From positions 1 to 35,488 of the IMG/VR virus record IMGVR_UViG_3300044268_002382: DNA of 35,488 nt; one strand, written 5' to 3'. Below, piece after piece: positions 16,960-25,236 of this stretch (position 1 is the first letter of the stretch; each line of letters begins with the position of its first letter). Source of the stretch: a virus (lineage: Duplodnaviria > Caudoviricetes). A model generated the notes under the pieces. The model worked only from the letters and a program-made list of their open reading frames with translations. It was not told the origin of the DNA and searched no databases. Both the position numbers and the translations under genes were made by a program.

Positions 16960-18812
16960 TGAAAAAAATTTTCACTCATTGGAGTTTTTCTTTAGTCACA
17001 TTATTTTTTTTAATATGGGTAGGACTAAAAGATCCACAAATAAAAGAATTATTAAGACTAAAATCATTTGATTTATTATTTCAATCACAAGAAAAAACAA
17101 TATCTGAAGACATTGTAATTTTAACAATAGATGAAAAATCGATTGACAAGTTTGGTCAATATCCTTGGTCTAGAGATATTTACTCTGACATCATAGATTA
17201 CTTACGTTTAAACAATGCAGGTGTCATTGTATTACCGATATTATTTTCTGAAGAAGATAGATTTGGTGGTGATGAAATATTTGCAGATTCACTTAAAGAT
17301 AATTTTGTTGTAGTTGGACAAGTCGGATCACATCAAACTTCAAGTAACGGTTATCCAAGAGGAGTTGCAAAAATAGGTAATCCTTTGGATTGGTTGTTTG
17401 AATGGCCTGGTATGGTTGGACCAATACCGATCATTGGTGATAACGCATCGGGTGTTGGTGTTTTAAATACTGCACCAGAGATTGATGGTGTTGTAAGAAG
17501 AATGCCTTTACTTATGAAAATAGGTAATGATGTTTATCCGTCAATGGCAATAGAAGTTATTAGAACTGCCACTGGTGATCCAAGTTATCAAGTAAAGTCA
17601 GGTGATGCTGGAATAATCGCAATGAGAGTACCAGGGTTTGCAACAATCAAAACAGATTCAAATGCTAGAATATGGTTGACATGGAATAAGTCTTATCCAA
17701 CTATATCAGTTGCAGATTTAGGATCAGAGGAAATAAGAGTGGCAGGTAAAACTGTTATTGTGGCTGTAACTGCTGAAGGATTAAATGGAGTTATTGCAAC
17801 ACCAATAGGAAGTCAATACGATTATATTGCAATAGCATCAACACTACAAACAGTTATTGATGGTATCAATATAGAGAGAATTGATCTATTACCATTGATT
17901 GAAATACTTATTGCGTTTATCGTAGGATTATTAATAGTAGTTTTAACAAGATTTACACCATATTATATTGTTGGATTATCAATGGTAATTAGTAGTGCAG
18001 GTGGTATTTTTACAACTAATTATTTGTTTAATAACAAACTTATATTATTTGATACGACATGGATTTTAGTTGTAATATTATTTGTAGGTTTACATAGTAT
18101 ATTTAATCGTTTTATTTTAGAATTTAATTTAAAACAACAAATAAGAAAACAGTTTGAAACTTATCTTGATCCAAGACAAGTTGCAATATTACAAAAAGAC
18201 CCAAGTAAATTAAAACTTGGCGGTGAAAGAAAAGAGATGTCATTTTTGTTTATGGATATCGTAGGGTTCACACCAATATCTGAATATTATAAAAACAATG
18301 ATGACCCAGAAGGATTAGTAGAAGTTATCAACGATTATTTAAATCGTATGACAAAAATTGTTTTAGACAATGGTGGTACAGTTGACAAATATATGGGTGA
18401 TTGTATAATGGCATTTTGGAATGCACCATTAGATTGTCCTAATCATGCTGAGATGGCAGTAAAGACAAGTATTGAATGTGGAAAAGAAACTGAAAATCTC
18501 AAAGAAGAATTTAGAAAAAAAGGTTTACCAGAAATCAATATAGGATCAGGTGTTAACACAGGCACTTGTATTGTTGGTAATATGGGAAGTGATTCTAGGT
18601 TTGATTATTCTGTAATCGGTGATGCAGTAAATTTGGCTGCAAGATTAGAAGCATCAACTAGAAACTACAAAGACAAGAATGGCAACGTGTTGCCAACACT
18701 ATACTCTTCATATACTAAAGATCAACTAACAAATATTGAATCGATAGAAGTTGATAAGATTAAAGTAAAAGGTAAAGAAGAGTTAATTACAATATATAAA
18801 CCAAAGGAGTAA
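16959..18812 (+). CDS. CHASE2-domain class III adenylate cyclase
   Basis: CHASE2 (IDEKSIDKFGQYPWSR, DGVVRRMPL), three TM helices, then cyclase motifs FMDIVGFT, DKYMGDCIMAFWNAP and FDYSVIGDAVNLAARLE. Confidence 0.93.
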   Translation: MKKIFTHWSFSLVTLFFLIWVGLKDPQIKELLRLKSFDLLFQSQEKTISEDIVILTIDEKSIDKFGQYPWSRDIYSDIIDYLRLNNAGVIVLPILFSEEDRFGGDEIFADSLKDNFVVVGQVGSHQTSSNGYPRGVAKIGNPLDWLFEWPGMVGPIPIIGDNASGVGVLNTAPEIDGVVRRMPLLMKIGNDVYPSMAIEVIRTATGDPSYQVKSGDAGIIAMRVPGFATIKTDSNARIWLTWNKSYPTISVADLGSEEIRVAGKTVIVAVTAEGLNGVIATPIGSQYDYIAIASTLQTVIDGINIERIDLLPLIEILIAFIVGLLIVVLTRFTPYYIVGLSMVISSAGGIFTTNYLFNNKLILFDTTWILVVILFVGLHSIFNRFILEFNLKQQIRKQFETYLDPRQVAILQKDPSKLKLGGERKEMSFLFMDIVGFTPISEYYKNNDDPEGLVEVINDYLNRMTKIVLDNGGTVDKYMGDCIMAFWNAPLDCPNHAEMAVKTSIECGKETENLKEEFRKKGLPEINIGSGVNTGTCIVGNMGSDSRFDYSVIGDAVNLAARLEASTRNYKDKNGNVLPTLYSSYTKDQLTNIESIEVDKIKVKGKEELITIYKPKE

Positions 18813-18814
18813 TT

Positions 18815-18955
18815 ATGGCTAGAATGATGAATACATCTAATGTATATGAACCAAAAATAAAAAGAACATCAATAGGAAATGGCAAAACAAAAATGTCATC
18901 TATGAATAAACATAAAAGAAGATCATGGAAAAAATACAAAGGACAAGGTAAGTAA
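18815..18955 (+). CDS. 46-aa basic peptide (not in ORF track)
   Basis: AGGAG RBS; ...KRTSIGNGKTKMSSMNKHKRRSWKKYKGQGK; TAATG coupling to the glutaredoxin gene. Confidence 0.75.
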   Translation: MARMMNTSNVYEPKIKRTSIGNGKTKMSSMNKHKRRSWKKYKGQGK

Positions 18956-19188
18956 TGAAAGAAGTAATTGTTTACAGTAAGAATATGTGTGGATATTGCG
19001 TCCAAGCAAAAAACTATTTAAAAAGTAAAGATATAGAGTACAAAGAAATAAACATAGAAGAACAACCAGAAGCGAGAGAGTTTATACTTAGTGAGGGTCA
19101 TAGAATGATGCCCCAAATCTATATAGATGGCAAGAGTATTGGTGGATATCAACAACTAATTAAGTTAGATTTATCGTCATTTTCTTGA
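18955..19188 (+). CDS. Glutaredoxin
   Basis: CGYC active site; MPQIYIDGKSIGGY. Confidence 0.92.
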   Translation: MKEVIVYSKNMCGYCVQAKNYLKSKDIEYKEINIEEQPEAREFILSEGHRMMPQIYIDGKSIGGYQQLIKLDLSSFS

Positions 19189-19195
19189 TTGACAG

Positions 19196-19208
19196 ATTGT
19201 CGCACCCT
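19196..19208 (+). repeat. 13-nt motif ATTGTCGCACCCT, copy 1
   Basis: Identical to 33204-33216; both copies are intergenic and upstream of TTGACA promoters. Confidence 0.7.
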
Positions 19209-19260
19209 AAAAGTCCTTAATTATCGGGCATTTTTTAACCAAATTAATTTAATATAACCC

Positions 19261-19289
19261 TTGACAACATACCCATAGCCTGTCAAAAT
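19261..19289 (+). promoter_or_regulatory. Early sigma70-type promoter
   Basis: TTGACA, 17 bp, CAAAAT preceded by TGn; ATACCC in the spacer; AT-rich upstream region. Confidence 0.65.
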
Positions 19290-19321
19290 ATAATTAGATG
19301 AACAAAAAGAGAGGTAATCAA

Positions 19322-19588
19322 ATGTCAATCGAAATCAAAAAAGGTGATGAAATCACTGCTGTATGGGGTGCTGGACACCCAGAACAACAAGGTAAGATAT
19401 CTAAAATAAATGAAGATGGTTCTTACATTGTTAAATTAAAAAACGGTAGGTTGGTAGATCAACACTTAGTTTTAAAGAATGAGTTTAAAAGTGACTACTT
19501 CTTAAAATGTAGTATAGGGTATCATCATATGCCATCTGCCCAAAGTGTTGCAACGAGTAATTATGAAAGGTTATTTGGAACTGCTTAA
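19322..19588 (+). CDS. Hypothetical early protein (start revised to ATG 19322)
   Basis: GAGAGGT RBS at 19309-19315; SH3/KOW-like pattern IKKGDEI..GKISKI. Confidence 0.65.
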   Translation: MSIEIKKGDEITAVWGAGHPEQQGKISKINEDGSYIVKLKNGRLVDQHLVLKNEFKSDYFLKCSIGYHHMPSAQSVATSNYERLFGTA

Positions 19589-20013
19589 TGAGTAAACAAG
19601 GAACATTACATTTAGTTTATTGGCGAGAATATAGGGATGAATCAGAAAAATATAATCCCTTTTTCAAAACTTATTATACAATTTTTAGAAACGCACCTTT
19701 ATCACAACTTGATAGATTATCGTCTTCTAAATTACATAACAAGATTAAAAGATTTTGTGATAAAAATTACAAAGAAGATGTAAGTAATTTTACAGGTGGA
19801 TCTGGTGTAGAAATGATACATGGTTCTGAATATTATCATACTTACAATGATGAGTTTGGAAATGAAGATACACCTTATAGTGATTCTGATTTTTACTATG
19901 ATTATTGTCAATCATATAATGGTAGACAATTTTTTAAACACGATTTTTTACCAAAATTTACAGAAGAAATGTCACCGTTCTATGAGAATGGTCAATTTTG
20001 TGGGCCAATATAA
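19588..20013 (+). CDS. Hypothetical protein
   Basis: 141-aa aromatic-rich ORF, TAATG-coupled. Confidence 0.65.
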   Translation: MSKQGTLHLVYWREYRDESEKYNPFFKTYYTIFRNAPLSQLDRLSSSKLHNKIKRFCDKNYKEDVSNFTGGSGVEMIHGSEYYHTYNDEFGNEDTPYSDSDFYYDYCQSYNGRQFFKHDFLPKFTEEMSPFYENGQFCGPI

Positions 20014-20015
20014 AA

Positions 20016-20126
20016 ATGTTAAGAGCATTATTTTGGATGGCAATAGGTGCCCTACTAACTTTAGTAGATTATGGAGTGGTCTTTGAATGGATGGCCGCAA
20101 TATTTACAGTTTTATCAACTAAATAA
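20016..20126 (+). CDS. 36-aa hydrophobic peptide (not in ORF track)
   Basis: MLRALFWMAIGALLTLVDYGVVFEWMAAIFTVLSTK fills the gap. Confidence 0.55.
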   Translation: MLRALFWMAIGALLTLVDYGVVFEWMAAIFTVLSTK

Positions 20127-20142
20127 AAATTAAGGAGAACGC

Positions 20143-20385
20143 TTGAAACAATATAGAAACAAACCAAACTTTGAAAGAACCGAAGGTCTACATGTCATCG
20201 TTAGAGATAATAATGTTGACAAGGCAATGAGGAAACTTAAACGTATGGTAAAGAATGCTGGAACTCTTCAAGAAATTAAAGAGAGACAGTTTTTTCAGAA
20301 ACCATCAGAGAAAAAAAGACTTGCAAAAAAGGCAGGTAAAAAAAGATGGTTAAAAAAAGTGGCACAAACGGAAAATGAGTATTGA
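20143..20385 (+). CDS. rpsU: 30S ribosomal protein bS21
   Basis: VIVRDNNVDKAMRKLKR...EIKERQFFQKPSEKKR; AAGGAG RBS and TTG start. Confidence 0.9.
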   Translation: MKQYRNKPNFERTEGLHVIVRDNNVDKAMRKLKRMVKNAGTLQEIKERQFFQKPSEKKRLAKKAGKKRWLKKVAQTENEY

Positions 20386-20554
20386 TGAATACGCAGAGTA
20401 TGAAAAATTAAAAAAGAAATCTAGAACTGATAATATGTCTATGAAGGTAAAAGATGTATTACGTTTTTTTGATTTGAAGGAAAAGTTTGATGACAGACAA
20501 CATAATAAAAGGACCGTGGAAAAGAGTGGTGTCAATATCACCAGAGGAAAATAG
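20375..20554 (+). CDS. 59-aa hypothetical protein (not in ORF track)
   Basis: MSIDEYAEYEKLKKK...; bridges rpsU and the next gene, overlapping both. Confidence 0.45.
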   Translation: MSIDEYAEYEKLKKKSRTDNMSMKVKDVLRFFDLKEKFDDRQHNKRTVEKSGVNITRGK

Positions 20555-20849
20555 TAGGGTTCGTGAAGATATAGAGTTCGTAGAGGAACTTGCAGAGAGT
20601 ATTGTGGTTAATGCGATCACAAATTTTCAAGAGAACGGTATTGATGTAACATCTGATACAATGAAAATGTACATACCTTTCTTAAATGAATGTGTCAGAG
20701 CAGTCTGTTACAAAGATATGGGTTATAAACATATATTAAATAATCTTGTTGAAAAGATTATGACCGAAAAATCTATTGACAATAACTTAGATATATCGTA
20801 TCATAGTGTTAATATAGATAAAGTAAAAGAATTGACAGAGGATAAATGA
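20487..20849 (+). CDS. Hypothetical protein
   Basis: NIIKGPWK N-terminal motif; likely start at ATG 20490. Confidence 0.7.
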   Translation: MMTDNIIKGPWKRVVSISPEENSRVREDIEFVEELAESIVVNAITNFQENGIDVTSDTMKMYIPFLNECVRAVCYKDMGYKHILNNLVEKIMTEKSIDNNLDISYHSVNIDKVKELTEDK

Positions 20850-21694
20850 TTATACTTGATATGAATCAAATTTCACTTGCGAGTTTGATGATGCATTTGA
20901 ATATGGAAAAAACCAAGAAACCTGATATGGGTATGGTTCGCCATATGATATTAAATTCTGTTCGTATGTATCGTCAAGACTTTAACGAAGAGTATGGTGA
21001 AATTGTTTTGGCTTATGATAGTAAACATTATTGGCGTAGAGATTATTTTCCTTACTATAAATTAAATCGTAAAAGAGCAAGAGATAAAGACAGTAAAGAT
21101 TGGGAATCTATTTTTGAGTGTTTAAATAAAATCAAACAAGAAATTAAAGATTATCTACCCTACAAAGTAATCGAAGTACACGGTGCAGAAGCAGATGATG
21201 TTATTGCTACTTTAGTTAAAGAATACTTAGATGAAAAAATTATGATTATATCTGGTGATAAAGACTTTATTCAATTACAAAAATATTCTAATGTATCTCA
21301 ATTTTCACCTATATTAAAGAAAAAATTAAATGGTGAAGATCCAAACGAATATATAAAAGTACATATACTAAAAGGAGACTCATCTGATGGCATACCTAAC
21401 GTGTTATCAAATGATAATGTTTTTACTGAAGGATTAAGACAAAAACCTTTAAGTAAAAAAAAGATAGATGCGTGGAAAGACGGCAACTTTGAAAATACAA
21501 TGGCAACTGATGAAATAGTTCGTAATTATAGTCGTAATAAAAATCTTATAGACTTGGATTGCATACCAGTTGACATTCAAACAAATATTCTCAAAGAGTT
21601 TACCGAAGCATCATGTGGAGATAGAAGTAAGTTATTAACATACTTTATCGAAAATAAACTAAAAGAACTAACTGATTCGATAGGAGATTTCTAA
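20846..21694 (+). CDS. rnh: T4-like RNase H (5'-3' exonuclease, FEN family)
   Basis: IILDMNQI, YWRRDYFPYYK, EADDVIA, ISGDKDFIQL and GDSSDGIPN. Confidence 0.93.
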   Translation: MIILDMNQISLASLMMHLNMEKTKKPDMGMVRHMILNSVRMYRQDFNEEYGEIVLAYDSKHYWRRDYFPYYKLNRKRARDKDSKDWESIFECLNKIKQEIKDYLPYKVIEVHGAEADDVIATLVKEYLDEKIMIISGDKDFIQLQKYSNVSQFSPILKKKLNGEDPNEYIKVHILKGDSSDGIPNVLSNDNVFTEGLRQKPLSKKKIDAWKDGNFENTMATDEIVRNYSRNKNLIDLDCIPVDIQTNILKEFTEASCGDRSKLLTYFIENKLKELTDSIGDF

Positions 21695-22170
21695 TGAACA
21701 AACCATTACCTGGTACAGTATTGAATTCTAGTAATTCATTATTGTTTTCAGAAATACTAGACAAAGTGCATAAAGCAAAAACAAAAGAAGAAAAAGTAAA
21801 AATACTAAAATATCATGATAACCAATCATTAAGAATGGTAATAAAATCATCTTTTGATCCTAAAATTGAGTGGATACTACCTGAGGGTAACGTGCCTTTT
21901 AAGGCAAACGATGCACCTGCTGGAACTGAACACACAAGACTTGCAGCAGAAGCAAAAAAATTATATCACTATATTAAAGGCGGTGATAATGATACACCAC
22001 AATACAAAAAAGAACTTATGTTCATACAATTGTTAGAAGGTCTACATGAAACTGAAGCACAACTTGTCATAAACGCAAAAGATAAAAAGTTGCATCAGAT
22101 CTACAAAGGATTATCTAAAGAAGTTGTAAAAGAAGCATTTGGTTGGAATGATGAATTTGCGAGAGCATGA
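21694..22170 (+). CDS. Conserved T4-like protein downstream of rnh (DUF6433-like)
   Basis: LPEGNVPF and KELMFIQLLEGLH..EA motifs. Confidence 0.7.
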   Translation: MNKPLPGTVLNSSNSLLFSEILDKVHKAKTKEEKVKILKYHDNQSLRMVIKSSFDPKIEWILPEGNVPFKANDAPAGTEHTRLAAEAKKLYHYIKGGDNDTPQYKKELMFIQLLEGLHETEAQLVINAKDKKLHQIYKGLSKEVVKEAFGWNDEFARA

Positions 22171-22694
22171 GAATAGGTGAACCATATTTAATTAAACAAC
22201 CACCGTTTAAAATAGATGTAGATGGTGGAAGTAAAGAAGATGCAAAAACAAATGATAGTAGTGGTCATACTGCAAGAATATCTGAGATACGTTGGATAAA
22301 TGATAGACCAACATTAGATAGATTTTTAGAATATACTAAACTGGTTAATAAAGAAGCTGGATGGAATTTCGAAATAGATGGTATAGAACCACTACAATAT
22401 ACAGAATATGGAACTGGTGGCGAATATGGATGGCATATTGATCAACACACAAAACCATACGCAGATAATCGTATTAGAAAAATATCATTTTCATTACTTT
22501 TAAATGATGATTATGAGGGTGGTGATTTTGATTTAGAATATGGTCACCCTAACAAAGAATTAAGACATGCGACATTCCGTCTCGGTTTAAATGAGGCAAT
22601 ATTCTTCAAATCAGACTTCTGGCATCGTGTAAACCCAGTAAAATCGGGCATTCGAAAGAGTCTTGTAGGGTGGATTTTAGGAAAAAATTATTAA
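22167..22694 (+). CDS. 2OG-Fe(II) oxygenase
   Basis: YGWHID (HxD), YEGGDF and WHRVNPVKSGIRKSLVGW. Confidence 0.9.
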   Translation: MRIGEPYLIKQPPFKIDVDGGSKEDAKTNDSSGHTARISEIRWINDRPTLDRFLEYTKLVNKEAGWNFEIDGIEPLQYTEYGTGGEYGWHIDQHTKPYADNRIRKISFSLLLNDDYEGGDFDLEYGHPNKELRHATFRLGLNEAIFFKSDFWHRVNPVKSGIRKSLVGWILGKNY

Positions 22695-22703
22695 AAATAA
22701 CCC

Positions 22704-22732
22704 TTGACATATACCCTATATCGTGGTATTAT
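22704..22732 (+). promoter_or_regulatory. Early sigma70-type promoter
   Basis: TTGACA, 17 bp, TATTAT with TGn extension; ATACCC in the spacer. Confidence 0.75.
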
Positions 22733-22759
22733 ATAATAAGAAATTGAGAGGTACTTATT

Positions 22760-23116
22760 ATGAAAACAGTAAATAAATCAGCAAACACAATCGAGGAAGG
22801 TTTTAAGTTTCTTAAAGAAGCAGCCATCCAAGATTACAACGAATTCATTGCAGATAACAAAAGTATGCAACAAGAGTTCGCAGAAAATATTAATTTAGAT
22901 GTAGGTGGTCAAAAATATTTTAAGATCACTGTTGGTGCATATAACAGAGGACGATCTGTATTTGCATTTATCGTAAAAGAAGATGATGATAAGTTTAAAA
23001 AAGGCGATATCCTAAAACCTGCATCATGGAAAGCTCCTGCCAAAAATAAGGCAAGAGGTAACGTTTTATCAGGTAACTATCCTATAAATTGGACTGGTCC
23101 TTTATATTTAAGTTAG
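22760..23116 (+). CDS. Conserved hypothetical early phage protein
   Basis: GAGAGGT RBS; SVFAFI...GDILKPASWKAPAKNKARGN...WTGPLYL. Confidence 0.75.
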   Translation: MKTVNKSANTIEEGFKFLKEAAIQDYNEFIADNKSMQQEFAENINLDVGGQKYFKITVGAYNRGRSVFAFIVKEDDDKFKKGDILKPASWKAPAKNKARGNVLSGNYPINWTGPLYLS

Positions 23117-23125
23117 GAGGCATTT

Positions 23126-23209
23126 ATGATTAACGAAACTTTAACAGTAATTATGCATATCGGTATGATAGGTTTTACTTTATATTTCATTAAAGAATTG
23201 TTTGCCTAA
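23126..23209 (+). CDS. 27-aa hydrophobic peptide (not in ORF track)
   Basis: AGGAGG RBS; MINETLTVIMHIGMIGFTLYFIKELFA. Confidence 0.6.
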   Translation: MINETLTVIMHIGMIGFTLYFIKELFA

Positions 23210-23219
23210 TGAACAGTTT

Positions 23220-23338
23220 GACACTTGCGACCTCTCAACCTCATCATCACAATAAGCAAGTGTCTGGTCACTATAAATATATGATGAGACAATGTGAATG
23301 TGACCCAAAGGGGGTTAACAATTCTTGTTTAACCCCCT
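23220..23338 (+). ncRNA. Putative structured RNA: three hairpins, loop-loop pairing, anti-SD loop
   Basis: Stems 23220-28/23256-64, 23266-71/23300-05 and 23309-18/23329-38; loop sequences CTCATCAT and ATGATGAG are complementary. Confidence 0.6.
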
Positions 23339-23358
23339 ATACTAACAGGAGAGGTAAG

Positions 23359-23811
23359 ATGAATACTGTAGATGTAGAAGGCGGCACTAAAAAACAAAGA
23401 TTACTTGTTGAAAAATTAGTCAATTGGTGTTTTTTAAGATTGACACCAAGACATAGAACTATTCATGTAAACGTTGATTTAACAACAGATATTCCTATTG
23501 ATGGTGAGTGTTCTAGAGGTGGAGAACGAAACGAGTTTGATATTGTAGTTTATAAGAAACTAAAAGACGATGATTTTATTACAACTATATTACATGAGAT
23601 GGTACATGTCATGCAGTATGCGACAGGTAAAATGAAAGATTTAAATAATGAAGGTTCCACAGTTTACTGGCGAGGATACAATTATACTAATTATGAGTAT
23701 CGAAGACAACCGTGGGAAAGACAAGCATATCGATTACAAGAAATATTATTGAGAGAGTGGAAAAAATATGTGGGAAGCAATAAATGTTGCCGTTTTGTGT
23801 CTAGCACTTAA
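23359..23811 (+). CDS. Zincin-like metallopeptidase (start revised to ATG 23359)
   Basis: ILHEMVHVMQY (HExxH) and PWERQAY; GGAGAGGT RBS at 23348-23355. Confidence 0.75.
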   Translation: MNTVDVEGGTKKQRLLVEKLVNWCFLRLTPRHRTIHVNVDLTTDIPIDGECSRGGERNEFDIVVYKKLKDDDFITTILHEMVHVMQYATGKMKDLNNEGSTVYWRGYNYTNYEYRRQPWERQAYRLQEILLREWKKYVGSNKCCRFVSST

Positions 23812-24232
23812 CGTTTATCACGAAGCAAAAAATCAAGACATAGACGGCATGTACGCCGTTGCAGATGTTGTTATGAACAGAGTAGAAGACCACAGATATC
23901 CTAATACTGTGTGTGGTGTTGTCAAACAAGGACCAACTAGAGAGTCTTGGAAGACAAGAGAAACACCTGATCCAAATGATGCAGTTTACTATCCAATAAA
24001 AAATAGATGTCAATTTTCATGGTATTGTGACGGAAAAAGTGATACCCCTTACAATCCACAGGCATGGCGTATCGCAGAATCAATCGCAGAAACTACATTA
24101 ACCTATGGTAGTTTAGTCAATACTTTGGGTGCGACACATTATCACGCAGATTATGTAAAACCCTCATGGGCAGAAACTAAAATAAAAACAATGAAAGTTG
24201 GAAGGCATATATTTTATAGGTGGGAAAGATGA
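23768..24232 (+). CDS. Cell wall hydrolase (SleB/Hydrolase_2)
   Basis: CLALNVYHEA, VVMNRV...YPNTVCGVVKQ, CQFSWYCDG, GATHYHADYVKPSW and HIFY. Confidence 0.9.
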   Translation: MWEAINVAVLCLALNVYHEAKNQDIDGMYAVADVVMNRVEDHRYPNTVCGVVKQGPTRESWKTRETPDPNDAVYYPIKNRCQFSWYCDGKSDTPYNPQAWRIAESIAETTLTYGSLVNTLGATHYHADYVKPSWAETKIKTMKVGRHIFYRWER

Positions 24233-24447
24233 CAGAATTTACGTCTGGTATATTTAATATTATAAGAAAATCAAGTCTAATTTTGGCCTTGATTTATACT
24301 TTAGGTCATGTTATAATAGCAATGACTGTTGTATCTGTATTGACGGGTGCGAGTCTGTGGGAGGCAGGTGCAGTTGCATTAATAGAACCTGCAATAAACG
24401 GATGTTGGTTTTATATATTACATAAATTAGTATTTAAAAATGATTAA
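24220..24447 (+). CDS. DUF2061-like small membrane protein
   Basis: IYTLGHVIIAM...ALIEPAINGCWFYILHK. Confidence 0.65.
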   Translation: MGKMTEFTSGIFNIIRKSSLILALIYTLGHVIIAMTVVSVLTGASLWEAGAVALIEPAINGCWFYILHKLVFKND

Positions 24448-24778
24448 ACAATATTCAGTATTTCAAAGAAAGAAAGTAAATAAGTTACCATTGACACCTT
24501 CATTGCAAAAAGCAAGAGAAGAACACGAAAAATATTTAGAGTCAATAGGTTATAAAAAAACACCTAAATCAGAATTTACTGCATTCAATGATATTAATAC
24601 AATATTTAATTCTACAAGAAAAATACAAAAGATTTCTAATCCTAAACCTTTAACACATATGGGCAACGGTGCTCCAAAAAGAAGATCAGTCAAACATAGT
24701 TTTACAGTGGCACCTGCATATAATAAAGGTGCATATCAAGTTATACATGAGAATGATATTAAAGATATTGGTAAATGA
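24440..24778 (+). CDS. Conserved hypothetical phage protein
   Basis: C-terminal TVAPAYNKGAYQVI motif. Confidence 0.7.
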   Translation: MIKQYSVFQRKKVNKLPLTPSLQKAREEHEKYLESIGYKKTPKSEFTAFNDINTIFNSTRKIQKISNPKPLTHMGNGAPKRRSVKHSFTVAPAYNKGAYQVIHENDIKDIGK

Positions 24779-25236
24779 TAGAATTTGATTATAATTTAGA
24801 TTACAAAAATATATTATTTGAACCTAATGATAAAAGGTATAGAATAGGTAGAGGCGAACAAGGTGTATTATTAGTTCGACCATATACAAATGATATATGC
24901 CAACATTGGAAATTTAGAACACCAAGAATCGCAGAGATGAGTGCAAAAAAAATATATGTCATGTATGAAAAATATAAAACACAAGATGATTTTGTTGGTA
25001 TGGATATGTGTAGAAAGTTTTTAGAAATGGGATTTACCCGTGCAAGACGATATGCAAATCACAAGAGTGGTAGAAAATATAATCGTGACGGAACTATTAA
25101 ACCACAAGCAAAAGACGCTTTAACAAGTAAAAAAGCGGTGTCAGCGAGGATATTTAAAGAGTACAGAGATAGATTGACAACTGATGACAAATATGTTACT
25201 ATGAGAAAAAAGTGGCGAAATAATGAACATATTTGA
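24775..25236 (+). CDS. DUF4385 family protein
   Basis: YRIGRGEQGVLLVRPY and DFVGMDMCRKFLEMGFTRARRYANH. Confidence 0.85.
   Translation: MIEFDYNLDYKNILFEPNDKRYRIGRGEQGVLLVRPYTNDICQHWKFRTPRIAEMSAKKIYVMYEKYKTQDDFVGMDMCRKFLEMGFTRARRYANHKSGRKYNRDGTIKPQAKDALTSKKAVSARIFKEYRDRLTTDDKYVTMRKKWRNNEHI

Noticed and set aside
23209-23358. N-terminal 50 codons of ORF-track call 23209..23811
   Set aside because: No RBS, occupied by strong RNA stems; a good RBS precedes ATG 23359.
24128-24137. Reverse-complement partial copy of the TGTCGCACCC motif (also GTGCGACA at 4885-4892)
   Set aside because: Inside coding sequence; the 24128 copy encodes the conserved GAT of GATHYH, so probably coincidental.
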